Part shown: one piece after another, positions 49,261 to 58,892 of the stretch
Position numbering within the stretch: position 1 is the first letter of the stretch
Layout of the letters: every line of letters begins with the position of its first letter
Origin: Thermoanaerobaculia bacterium
Lineage (GTDB): Bacteria > Acidobacteriota > Thermoanaerobaculia > UBA5066
Direction: 5' to 3'
NCBI GenBank assembly: GCA_963816185.1
Contig: CAWFJJ010000030.1
Span: 224,001 to 288,000 of the forward strand
Length of the DNA stretch: 64,000 bases
Program-made: the position numbers and the translations under genes
The notes under the pieces: model-generated
What the model saw: only the letters and a program-made list of their open reading frames with translations
What the model was told of the DNA's origin: nothing
Databases searched by the model: none

Positions 49261-52200
49261 CGAGGCGCCTCCCGTGAGGGAGGCTGGATTCAACACCAGG
49301 GAGGCCGGAGCGAGGGGCACCGGGTTGATGGTGAGCGCAGCCGTCTTCGTGGCCCCGGCGGCTGAGGCTGTTATTTGAGCGGTCGTGGTCCCTCCCACAA
49401 AGCTGGTCGAGACAATGAATGTCGCGCTCGAAGCGCCACCGACCACCATCACGCTCGTGGCGACGGTCGCTGCCGCATTGTCGCTCGTCAGACTTACCGC
49501 GAAACCGCTCGTCATTGCGATGCCCGCGAGTGCCACCGTCCCGATCAGGGATGTCCCGCCGCCCACGGTCGCCGGGCTCACGGAGACACTCGCGAGGGCC
49601 GGCGGATTGACCGTAAGCGGCGCCGTTTGCGCCACCCCGAAATAGGTCGCTCTGATCGTCGCCGTGTGCGCGGTGGCGACCGCCGTTGTCGAGACGCTGA
49701 ACGTCGCCGACGTCGTGTTTGCGGCAACCGTGACCGTCGCTGGAACGACAGCCGCCACATCGGTGCTCGACAGGAGCACCACGACCCCACCGGCAGCAGC
49801 CGGGCCCGTCAGACCGACGGTCCCGGTCGAACCCGAGCCGCACGTGACGGCAGTCGGGCTCAGCGACAAACTCGAGATGGCAGGGGGATTGACCGTGAGA
49901 GCTGCCGTCTTCGTGACAGTTCCGGCCGTCGCCGTGATCGTCGCGGTTATCGAGGTCCCGACCGGTGCGGTCGTGACCGTGAAGGTCGCCGTCCTGGCGC
50001 TTTGGGCCACGGTCACACTCGCGGGGACGGTTGCTGCAACGTTGTTGCTCGTCAGGTTGACGGTGAAGCCGCCGGCGAGCGCAATGCTGGAGATCGTCAC
50101 GGTAGCGGTCGTCGACGTTCCGCCGCCCACGGCATTCGGGCTCAGGGAAATGCTCGAAAGGGCCGGCGGATTGATCGTGAGGTTCGCCGTCTTGGTGACG
50201 GTCCCGGCGGTCGCCGTGATCGTTGCGACCGTAACCGTCGGAACAGGAACGGTCGTGACCGCGAACGTCGCCGTCGTGGCGCCCTGAGCCACGGTGACGC
50301 TCGCGGGCACCGCCGCAGCGATGTTGTTGCTCGTCAGGTTGACCGTGAAGCCACTGGCCAGCGGGATACTCGAGATCGTCACCGTTCCGGTCGCCGGCGA
50401 CCCGCCGCCCAGCGCCGTCGGGCTCAGGAAGACGACCGAGAGGGCCGGCGGGTTGATCGTCAAGTTCGCCGTCTTCGTGACGGTCTCGGCGGTCGCCGTG
50501 ATCGTTGCGACCGTAACCGTCGGAACAGGAACGGTCGTGACCGCGAACGTCGCCGTCGTGGCGCCCTGCGCCACGGTCACGCTCGCGGGCACCGTCGCCG
50601 CGACGTTGTTGCTCGTCAGGTTGACAGCGAAACCACCGGCCAGCGCGATGCTCGAGATCGTCACGGTTCCGGTCGCCATCACTCCGCCACCCACGGTCGT
50701 CGGGCTCAAGGAGACGTTCGAGAGGACCGGCGGATTGATCGTGAGGATCGCCGTCTTTGTTGATCCGGAATACGTTCCCGAGATCGTCGCCGTGTGCGCG
50801 GTTGCGACCGCCGTCGTCGTGACGGTGAATGTCTTCGTCTTCGTGTTCGCGGCGATCGTCACGGTCGCCGGGACGGTCGCCGCCCCATCGGAGATGGTCG
50901 TCGACACGACCGCGCCCGCCGGAGGTGCGTTGCCGTTGAGCGTGAGCGTCCCCGTCGAGGAGGCTCCACCGCCGACAGCCGTGGGGCTTAACGTCAGTGA
51001 CGTGAGCGCGGCTGGCATCGTCGAGATCACGGCAGTTTTGGACACGCCTGCAAGAGTCGCCGTGATGGTCGATGACGCGTTCGCAGCCACACCGAGCGTC
51101 GTGACCGTGAACGTGGCGGCCGTCGCGTTCGTCGTGACCGTCACCGTCGCGGGGGCCGTCGCGCAAGTCGTGACCGAGCTGGACAGCGAAACCGCGAATC
51201 CGGTTGAGGCGGCCTTGCCATTCAGGGTGATGGTGCCCGTCACGTTGTTGCCGCCGACGACCGGACTCGCGCTGAGAGTCACGTTCGAGAGAGTTGAAGG
51301 TTGGACGGTGAGCGTGGCGCTCTTCGTCGTGCCGTTGTAGGTGCCCGAGATCGTGGAGGAAGCCGTCGCGACGACGCCCAGCGTCGTGACGGTGAACGTC
51401 GCAGACACAGCCCCCGCCGCAACCACAACGGACGCCGGGACTGTCGCCTTCGTCGTGTCCGAGCTCGTGAGCGCGACGCTGATGCCGCCAGTTTTCGCTT
51501 TTCCGTTCAGCGTGACGGTGCCCGTCGAGGGCGCGCCGGCGACCAGGGTGGTCGGACTCAAGACGACGGACGCGAGGCTAGCGGGGTTGACCGTCAAGGA
51601 CGCCGTGACGGCGGTCTGCTGCTTCACCGCCGAGATCGTCACGGGGGCGGCCGCCGCAACACCGAGGGTGGTCACGGTGAACGTGGCGGACGTGGCCCCG
51701 GCCGGTACCGTCACCGAGGTCGGCCCCGTCGCCACCGCAACGTTCGAGCTCAAGAGGAAGACCGGGACGCCGCCGGCTGGAGCGGCAACCGAGATCGTGA
51801 CTGTACCCGTCACGTTGTTACCCCCGACGACGGTCGCCGGCGCCAGCGTGAGAACCGTGGGAAGGGGGCCGGTCACCGTGAGGGGCGCGCTCGTGGAGGA
51901 GGCTCCGAGCGCCGCCGAGATGGCGGTCGCAACGTTATTCCCAACGAGCGCCGTCGCGGCAGCGAACGTAGCGGTCGATGCTCCCTCCGGCACCGTGACG
52001 GACGCCGGCAAGCTCACGACCGAGGAGTTCGAGGACGACAGTGCGACGACGGCACCGCCCGTGGGCGCCGGGCCGCTGACGGTTACCGTCCCCGTGGACG
52101 GTTGCCCTCCTGCGACCACGGAAGGGCTGAAGGCGACCGAGAGAACGATCGGGGTGGCCGTGAGAGTGAGCACGGCGCTCTTCGTCACTCCGCCATAGAG

Positions 52201-53358
52201 AGCCGATACCGTCACGGAGGAGAGGGTCCCGGTCGTAAGTGTCGTCACGGGGAAGGTCGCCGACGTGACTCCAGCCGCGACGACGACACTCGCCGGAACG
52301 GTCGCATTCGGTGTACTCGAGCTCGTGAGCGTGACGGTGGCACCGCCGGAGGGCGCGGGTCCGTTCAACGTTACGGTCGCCGTCGGGACCTGACCCCGTG
52401 GCACACTCGGTCTATCCAGCGCCGCCGAAAACGCCTGAATCGAAGGCGCGACGGTCAGCGTCGCCGTCTTCGACGTTCCGCCGGACGCGGCCGTGATCGT
52501 CACGTTCTTGTTCGTCGTGACGGTCAATGTCGTCACCGTGAATGTCGTCGCGGCGGCGCCCGCCGGAACCGTGACGTTCGCCGGAACCGTCGCGGCAGCC
52601 GTGTTCGAGCTCGTCAGCGTGACGACCGTCCCTCCGATCGCGGCGCCGCCGTTCAACGCGATGGACGCCGTCGACGTGGAGGATCCAAAGGCGGTAGACG
52701 GTGCGAGAGCCACGGAATCGGGAATCGGGACCGCCGAGGTCGTGAGGACGGCCGTCCGGCTGAAGCCAGCGTTCGTCGCGGTGATCGTTGTCGTGCCGGT
52801 GGTTGTCGTGGGCAGAGTCGGGATCGCGAACGTGTAGAGCGTTGCGCCTGCCGGAATCGTGATGCTTGCGGGCACCGTGGCACGGGCGGGCACGGAGCTC
52901 GCAAGAGTCACGACGGCGCCGCCGACGGGAGCGGGGGCGTTGAGCGCGAGGGTCCCGGTCGCGGACATGCTGCCGACGACGCTGCTCTGAACCAACACGA
53001 GTGCCGACAGGAGGGGCGTGACGGTCAGGGTCGCCGTCTTGTTCACGGCGTTGAATGTGGCCGTAAGGGTCGGCGTGACGTTTGCCGCGACGGTCGTCGT
53101 CGTGACCGTGAACGTGGCCGTCGCCGCCCCCTGGGCGACTGTGACGTTCGCGGGAACAGAGGCCGCAGCGTTGTTACTGGAGAGGTTGACCACCACGCCC
53201 CCGGAGGGAGCGGCGACGTCGAGCGTCACGGCCCCCGTCGCACCGCTCACTCCACCGACGACACTGGTGGGGCTCACGGAGAGGGCGATCAGGTTCGCAC
53301 CGAGCGCCGCAGGCGATGCGAGCAGGAGCGAGCCCAGGACCCACGCGTTAAGACGCAT
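49260..53358 (-). CDS. Signal peptide plus first block of ~15 Ig-like repeats (segment)
   Basis: [28 protein letters not shown], then ~94-aa units (S.SLSP..V.GG...TGTVTL...AP.GG..V.LSS....[19 protein letters not shown]). Confidence 0.88.
49880..50760. repeat. Recent intragenic tandem duplication, 282-bp period
   Basis: Near-identical DNA starting at 50221 and 50503 (offset 282 bp = 94 codons); covers repeats 10-12. Confidence 0.85.
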
Positions 53359-53909
53359 TTCGAACCTCCCGAACTTCTTCGCCCGCGGCCGCGCGGCCAC
53401 CTTCAGCGCACGTACTGATCCTTCATTCCATGGAGTGGCTTCTTCGGGTCCTCTTTGACCCTACGGACGCTGTGGAATGTCCAGCGAAAAGAAACTCCAC
53501 CGGTCATCGAGGTCGTGCAGTTGTCGCGAGGTTTGGCGGAATTGGCCACGGAAAGCTCACGCCGGTCCAGATGACCAAGACCATGACCAGACCTCTTGCT
53601 CAGGGCAATTACTCCTCGAGACTCGAGTTCTTGGCGAAAAGCGACGGTTTGCAGCAACAACCTGATATTTCCGACGACGCCAATTCAATGATTCATCTGC
53701 ATAAGAGGCCGGAGGGCGAAAAGACCCCTCAAGACCGTCTCCAAAAGGGGGTGTCTGCGCTTGGAAGCCCGCCGCGAGACTCTGAAACCGCCAGAGTCTT
53801 ACGCCCTTTGCGATCAACCTAGAGGCGCGCCGCCTTCAACGAACCGTCCGGAACTACGGGACGCCGGCGGCCTGACGCTCCAGAAAGCTCGGCAAGCGGT
53901 TTGAGCGCC

Positions 53910-53942
53910 AAGAAACACAACGGCCCGGCTGGTGCCGGGCCG
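53910..53942 (-). terminator. Intrinsic terminator
   Basis: Minus strand CGGCCCGGC-ACCA-GCCGGGCCG followed by TTGTGTTTCTT, downstream of the gene ending at 53995. Confidence 0.7.
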
Positions 53943-53994
53943 CCGCTCTCTATTCTTCTAAGAAAATCTTCTCTTCGTCTTCCTCTTCGAGCCT

Positions 53995-55683
53995 TCAGCG
54001 CACGAGCGTGTTGTTGTCCACGATGAAGCGCCGCGTGCCCGCCGACCGCACGTTGCCGCGCGCATCCGTGACCTCGATGAGGAGGTCGTGCTCGCTGTTC
54101 GAAATCTGGGTCGTGTCGAGGTAGAAGCGGAAACGTGCGGCGTTCCGCTGCGCGAAGGCCGGATATTGCTGCGCGACATCGGGGCTCGGGAGGCCGTACT
54201 GGGCGTGGTCCAGGCCCGTCACGGCATCGATCTGCGCCACGCCGTCGATCAGGATGCGCACTTTCACCACGACGTCGAGGTCGAGCGCCCAGCCGATGAC
54301 GGGGAACACGCCCGAGATGAACTTGTAGTTCGTGGGGTCGTCGACGAAGCCGATGGGCGGCGGGTCGAGATTGCCCGTCGCGCACTCCATCGTGATCGGA
54401 ATTTCCTTCAGGAGCGTGGACGTGTCCTCCTTGTCGATCGCCTTGACCTGGAGAATGTGCGCGCCTTCCTTGAAACCCGCCTGCGTCAGGAGGAAGCCCG
54501 CGTCCACGTCGAACTGGAATCCCACGTTCGGCGCCTGCTGGAAGCCGGGGTACAGGACCTCGATGTCGGGCCGGTAGTAGCCGTAGCAGTCGATGAGAGC
54601 GTTGAAGAGCAGGAACTCGCGATGGCAGCTCACGCGCGTGTCCTTGATGACGACGCCGTCCATCTCGAGAACGACGTGCGAGACGCCGCCGCGCTCCTGC
54701 GCGACCGACGTGTCCATCGCCCAGCCGTTGACGAACATCAGGAACCGCGGGTCGACGATGGGGCCGATGCCGGACGGACAGCACGGAGGAGGGATCTCGA
54801 CGCAGTTGCCGAACCACGTGGAGTTCAGGAGCGGGAACTCCACGTCGCCGAACGGCGCGAGATTCGGGGCGTCGTTGAAGATCTGGACGCGGCGCGTGCC
54901 GAGCAGGCCCTGCTGGCCCTGGTCGTCCACGGCTTTCACGGTGACTTCGTGGACGCCGTTCGCATAGCGCGTCGAGTCGACGTTCAGGATGAATCCCGCG
55001 ACGATCGCCTGCGGGTTGTCGGGATAATCCGCGGCGACGTCCGCGCGGTAGATGCCCGTCACGGCCTGCCGCTCGATGAGGCCGTCCACGAAGACGTCCA
55101 CGTGATCGACTTTGCGGTCGTCGAGCGCCCAGCCCGCGACCTCCAGAACGCCGTTCGCGCTCACGCCGCTGTCGGGCTGCGGAAAGTCCACGCTGCCGAA
55201 CGGCGGCTGGTTGCGCGTGTTGTCGATCGTCACGGCGCGCGGCGTCAGGAAGAACTGGCAGCCGTTCACGTCCGTGATGCCCACGTAGATCGTGTGCGAG
55301 CCGTTCGAAAACAGGGACGCCTTGAAGGACGCCTCGTAGCCGGGATGCTGGCCGGCCGTCCCGGCGTACTGCGGAAAGAACTGCAGCACGTCCGGGCGCG
55401 GCAGGTTGATGTTCGCGCCGCCGGCCGCCGAGACGCGGTTCGATTCGTCGGTGCCGTCCACGAAGACATCGACGTTGGACACCAGGTTGCCGTCCAGCGC
55501 GAAGCCGATCACCTGCACGTAGCCCGAAACGGTGTCCCCGTCGACCGGAACATCAATGGATCCGATCATTTGCACCGGACAGGCGAGAGCCTGCCGCTCC
55601 ATGCTCCTCGCCTGGGCGGACGGCGCCGCGAGCAGTACCGCGCCTGCGAAAATCACCGGGAGGATGAGGGCCTTCCGCTTCAT
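53995..55683 (-). CDS. Secreted protein with four Ig-like 'GWALD/RPDV' repeats
   Basis: Signal peptide MKRKALILP...AQA; four units of P.G.VD.P...V.GWALD...V.V.VDG...RPDV...GF...NG.H. Confidence 0.82.
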   Translation of the reverse strand: MKRKALILPVIFAGAVLLAAPSAQARSMERQALACPVQMIGSIDVPVDGDTVSGYVQVIGFALDGNLVSNVDVFVDGTDESNRVSAAGGANINLPRPDVLQFFPQYAGTAGQHPGYEASFKASLFSNGSHTIYVGITDVNGCQFFLTPRAVTIDNTRNQPPFGSVDFPQPDSGVSANGVLEVAGWALDDRKVDHVDVFVDGLIERQAVTGIYRADVAADYPDNPQAIVAGFILNVDSTRYANGVHEVTVKAVDDQGQQGLLGTRRVQIFNDAPNLAPFGDVEFPLLNSTWFGNCVEIPPPCCPSGIGPIVDPRFLMFVNGWAMDTSVAQERGGVSHVVLEMDGVVIKDTRVSCHREFLLFNALIDCYGYYRPDIEVLYPGFQQAPNVGFQFDVDAGFLLTQAGFKEGAHILQVKAIDKEDTSTLLKEIPITMECATGNLDPPPIGFVDDPTNYKFISGVFPVIGWALDLDVVVKVRILIDGVAQIDAVTGLDHAQYGLPSPDVAQQYPAFAQRNAARFRFYLDTTQISNSEHDLLIEVTDARGNVRSAGTRRFIVDNNTLVR

Positions 55684-55759
55684 CACGAGCCTCCGTGCAT
55701 CGAGAATTCCGGGGATACGCTCGGCCGGGACCGACAAATAGAGAGATTAAGGCAAATGA

Positions 55760-55788
55760 AGTTTATCCCCCGCGAAAGACCTTGTCAA
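55760..55788 (-). promoter_or_regulatory. Sigma70 promoter
   Basis: TTGACA (55788-55783), 17-nt spacer, TAAACT (55765-55760). Confidence 0.6.
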
Positions 55789-55814
55789 ACAGGAGGTTAC
55801 GGCCGGAGTTCGCG

Positions 55815-56786
55815 TCAGCTCATCTCGTCGGCGCGCGCGAGAACGCGCACGTGCTCGACGGCCGCCGCCGCGGTCGCCTCGGGGTCGTAGCCGCCCTCCA
55901 ACAGCGACACGATGCGCCCCCCCGCGAACGCGTCCGCCACGTCCCCGAGGGCGCGCGACATCCACGAGAAACCCTCCGTCGAGACGCACATGCCGCCGAC
56001 CGGATCGGCTTCGTGGGCGTCGAAGCCCGCGCTCACGAGGACGAACTCGGGCCGGAAGCGCTCGGCCAGCCTCTCGAGCGCCGCGGAAAACCCGCCCGCA
56101 TACGCCGCGTCGCCTGCCTTGGCGGGCTGCGGCACGTTCACGGTCGTCCCACGCCCGCGGCCCGCGCCCTCCTCGTCCGCCGCGCCCGTGCCCGGGTAGA
56201 AGGGATACCGGTGCACGGAGAGGTACGCGACGCGGCCGTCGTCCCAGAAAAGGTCCTGGACGCCGTTGCCGTGATGCACGTCGAAGTCGGCCACGAGGAC
56301 GCGCGCGACGCCGTGATGCTCGATCAGATCCTTCGCGGCAATCGCGATCGAATTCAGGAAGCAGAAGCCCATCGCGCGCGACGGGAGGGCATGGTGCCCC
56401 GGCGGACGCGCCGCCACGAACACGGATGCCGCGCGCCCGGCGACGACCGCATCCGTCGCGGCGAGCGTGAGCGACGCGGCGCGCAGCGACGCCTCGAACG
56501 TGCCGGCCGAGAGCACGTTGTCGGGGCAGTCGAAGAGCGCGAAAGGTCCCCCGTAGTCGGCCGGCGCTTGCTTGCAGAGCTCCGAGAGGCGATGCACGTA
56601 TTCCGGGTCGTGCACCCGCTCGACGGCCTTCAGCGTGCGTTCGGGGGCGGGCGGCGCTTCGATGCGCCGTCCGTCCTGCCGGAGCGCGTCGACGGCGACC
56701 TCCAGCCGATTCGCGTTGTCCGGGTGATAAAGGCCGGTGTCGTGCTCGAGGACCGCGGGATCGAAGTAGACGGGCACGGTACGCAC
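55815..56786 (-). CDS. Histone deacetylase-family (Zn-dependent) amidohydrolase
   Basis: RPPGHHA, GFC, DFDVHHGNG, YPGTG, SAGFD and LEGGY. Confidence 0.93.
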   Translation of the reverse strand: MRTVPVYFDPAVLEHDTGLYHPDNANRLEVAVDALRQDGRRIEAPPAPERTLKAVERVHDPEYVHRLSELCKQAPADYGGPFALFDCPDNVLSAGTFEASLRAASLTLAATDAVVAGRAASVFVAARPPGHHALPSRAMGFCFLNSIAIAAKDLIEHHGVARVLVADFDVHHGNGVQDLFWDDGRVAYLSVHRYPFYPGTGAADEEGAGRGRGTTVNVPQPAKAGDAAYAGGFSAALERLAERFRPEFVLVSAGFDAHEADPVGGMCVSTEGFSWMSRALGDVADAFAGGRIVSLLEGGYDPEATAAAAVEHVRVLARADEMS

Positions 56787-56824
56787 CTTCCGAGCCTACT
56801 CCAACCGTGGGCTACCATCGACGC

Positions 56825-57916
56825 GTGACAGCATCGAAAAAGGGAGTCCGCGTCGCGATCTCGCTCGGCCTCGCGGTCGTCCTCCTCGCGCTGTTCTTGA
56901 GGACGCTGGACTTCGCGGCCGTGGGCCGCGCCATCGCCTCGGCGCACGTCGGCTGGCTCGCCGTCGCGACCGCGGCCGGCCTCCTCGGGACGCCGCTCTT
57001 TCGCTCGTGGCGCTGGGCTCTGCTCCTGAAGAAGGCCGGACACCCATCCTTCCTCGCCCTCAACTCGGCGACGGCGATCGGTTTCGCCGCCTCGACATTG
57101 CTCCCGGCGCGCGCCGGCGAGATCGTGCGCCCGGTCGCCCTCGCGAAAGACGCCGGCCTTCCCGTCGCGCCCTGCCTCGCGTCGATCGCGCTCGAGCGCC
57201 TCATCGACCTCGTCACCGTCATCGTCCTCTTCGTCGTCTACGCGGTGGGATGGGCGCCGCTCGCGATGAGCGGCGACGAGGCCGGGCGCTTCGCGCTGCT
57301 GCGCCGCTCGGCCCTCCTGCTCGGAAGCGGCACGCTCCTCGGCCTCGCCTTCCTCGGCTTCCTCGCGGCGAAGCCCGAGCGCGCCGACCGCCTCGTGAAG
57401 CCGCTCCTCAGGCCGTTGCCCCCGAAGGTCGGCGCGAAGCTGGAGTCGATCCTCCTGTCGTTTCTCGACGGCCTCGGCACGCTCGGGTCGGTCCGCGAGG
57501 TTCTCGTCGTGGCGGCCGCCTCGCTCTTCCTGTGGACGCTCATCGCCTTTCAGGTCTGGTCGACGCTGCGCGCCTTCGACCTCGTGTTTCCCTTCCCCGT
57601 CTCCTTCTTCGTCGTCACGTGGGCCGTCCTCGGCCTCGCCATTCCCACGCCGGGCGGCGTGGGCGGCTATCACACGGCCATCGCGTATTCGCTGACGGGG
57701 TTCTACGGCGTGGCGAAGAACACGGCGGCGGCGTTCGCGCTCGTCTCGCACGCGCTGTCGTTCGTCCCGATCACGCTCCTCGGGCTCGGATTCCTGGTCG
57801 CGGGCGGATTCAGCCTGCGGAGCCTCGCGGCGACGCCTGTGCCTGCGCCAGAGCCATCGTGTAGTCCGAGCCCCACACCGCCGGATTCGACTCCAGCATC
57901 TCGACCCCCAGCTTGA
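56825..57916 (+). CDS. Lysylphosphatidylglycerol synthase TM / flippase-like membrane protein
   Basis: RSWRW, LPARAGE, LERLID and PTPGGVGGYH; multi-TM. Confidence 0.85.
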   Translation: MTASKKGVRVAISLGLAVVLLALFLRTLDFAAVGRAIASAHVGWLAVATAAGLLGTPLFRSWRWALLLKKAGHPSFLALNSATAIGFAASTLLPARAGEIVRPVALAKDAGLPVAPCLASIALERLIDLVTVIVLFVVYAVGWAPLAMSGDEAGRFALLRRSALLLGSGTLLGLAFLGFLAAKPERADRLVKPLLRPLPPKVGAKLESILLSFLDGLGTLGSVREVLVVAAASLFLWTLIAFQVWSTLRAFDLVFPFPVSFFVVTWAVLGLAIPTPGGVGGYHTAIAYSLTGFYGVAKNTAAAFALVSHALSFVPITLLGLGFLVAGGFSLRSLAATPVPAPEPSCSPSPTPPDSTPASRPPA

Positions 57917-58166
57917 AAAAGCCCGTCTGATCGAGCCCGGCCTGCCACACCACCCGGCAGTGGCACATCACGCGCGTCCGCACGTTCTCCAGCTCGAAAA
58001 TGTCGCCGGCCGTCACGTTCGTCTGCGCGTACACGAGCGCTCCGTGGCTGTTCACGATGAGTGTCGATCCGCTGAACCTCTGCCCCTCCCAGCGCATCGA
58101 AATCGGAATCCTCAGCGCAACGCGCGGACTCCGGCGCAGCTCGTGAAACGCATCGGGCTCGAGCAA
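57810..58166 (-). CDS. PilZ-domain protein
   Basis: RRSPR (RxxxR) and NSHG ((D/N)xSxxG-like), CRVVW and LGVEM; GGAGG before the TTG start. Confidence 0.7.
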   Translation of the reverse strand: MLEPDAFHELRRSPRVALRIPISMRWEGQRFSGSTLIVNSHGALVYAQTNVTAGDIFELENVRTRVMCHCRVVWQAGLDQTGFFKLGVEMLESNPAVWGSDYTMALAQAQASPRGSAG

Positions 58167-58204
58167 GGAGCGACCTCCGAAGGGGAGATTATCCGATAAA
58201 GGGG

Positions 58205-58390
58205 TCAGCCCGTCTTCTTCTCGTCGGAGGGCTTCTTATCCATCCATTCCTGGCAGGCCTTGCAGATGAAGGCGTTCAGCCGGGGGACGAATCTCCATTC
58301 GTCGGACTTGTCCGCCTCGCAGAAGAAACACCGGCGCCGCTGGCGCGGCGCGACGGTCTCATCGAAGGGTTCGCGATCCTCCGGGGGCAT
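58205..58390 (-). CDS. Small C4 zinc-finger protein (ClpX-ZnF-like spacing)
   Basis: CFFC...ICKAC; about 61 aa from ATG 58390. Confidence 0.55.
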   Translation of the reverse strand: MPPEDREPFDETVAPRQRRRCFFCEADKSDEWRFVPRLNAFICKACQEWMDKKPSDEKKTG

Positions 58391-58461
58391 CGTCGTTGCG
58401 GCTAGTTTGAGCCAACTCCTCGCGCGGCTCAAGTCGACCCCTCCGTGGATCCTCGCGGAGC

Positions 58462-58884
58462 TCAGCGCGAATGCCCCGCCCTGTACCGATCAAGCCTTCG
58501 CCTGTCGATCTCGGACGCGATTCCACGCGTGACGAGGTCATCCAGGATTGCGGCAGCAGCCGGGATGTCGCCCGAGAAGGCGAGGTCACGCGAGTGCGTG
58601 CTTCGAGCCTTGCGATAGAGCTCCATCGGTGCGGGGGGAACGGAGAGACCGTGCTGCACCGTGTCGGGGTCGTGAAGCGCCTTCTCGTGGAGGACGAGGG
58701 CGGTCTCCGCGGCTTCCTCGAGTCGACGAACGTCGTAGAGCGCGGCGACGTAGAAACAGAAGACGGGGTAGTAGCGGTCCGCGTTCGCGAAGAGGGGTCC
58801 GAGCGCCTGAATGATTCGCTCGGAATCGGAGGGATGACACTCCGCGTACCTGGCATTCAGCTCTTCTTCGAACGCGTTCGTCAT
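58462..58884 (-). CDS. Hypothetical helical (TPR-like) protein directly downstream of the retron RT
   Basis: 140 aa; starts 8 nt after the RT stop with an AGGA RBS. Confidence 0.7.
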   Translation of the reverse strand: MTNAFEEELNARYAECHPSDSERIIQALGPLFANADRYYPVFCFYVAALYDVRRLEEAAETALVLHEKALHDPDTVQHGLSVPPAPMELYRKARSTHSRDLAFSGDIPAAAAILDDLVTRGIASEIDRRRLDRYRAGHSR

Positions 58885-58892
58885 GGTTGGTC

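Larger units (their letters stand above)
38137..53358 (-). pseudogene. Giant (~5070 aa) Sec-exported Ig-repeat/Rhs polymorphic toxin, interrupted by several frameshifts (errors or decay)
   Basis: Continuous protein sense runs across ORFs 49207-53400, 44297-51166, 42798-44366, 43037-43516, 42174-42782, 41080-42432, 39245-41953 and 38137-39267. Junctions lie near 49260, 44415, 43720, 43120, 42620, 42330, 41095 and 39345, plus an in-frame TAG at 42798-42800. Confidence 0.8.

Noticed and set aside
49260-51166. N-terminal ~630 aa of the 2289-aa ORF
   Set aside because: This is an Arg/Asp/His-rich out-of-frame reading of the Ig repeats; the real frame switches near 49260.
38137-53358. T6SS effector, or programmed frameshifting as explanation for the breaks
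   Set aside because: There is no PAAR/VgrG/chaperone and a Sec signal is present. The breaks are too many and lack slippery heptamers.
53600-53820. c-di-GMP-I riboswitch upstream of the surface protein
   Set aside because: GCAAA-like words occur, but not the required P1/P2 arrangement with a GNRA loop.
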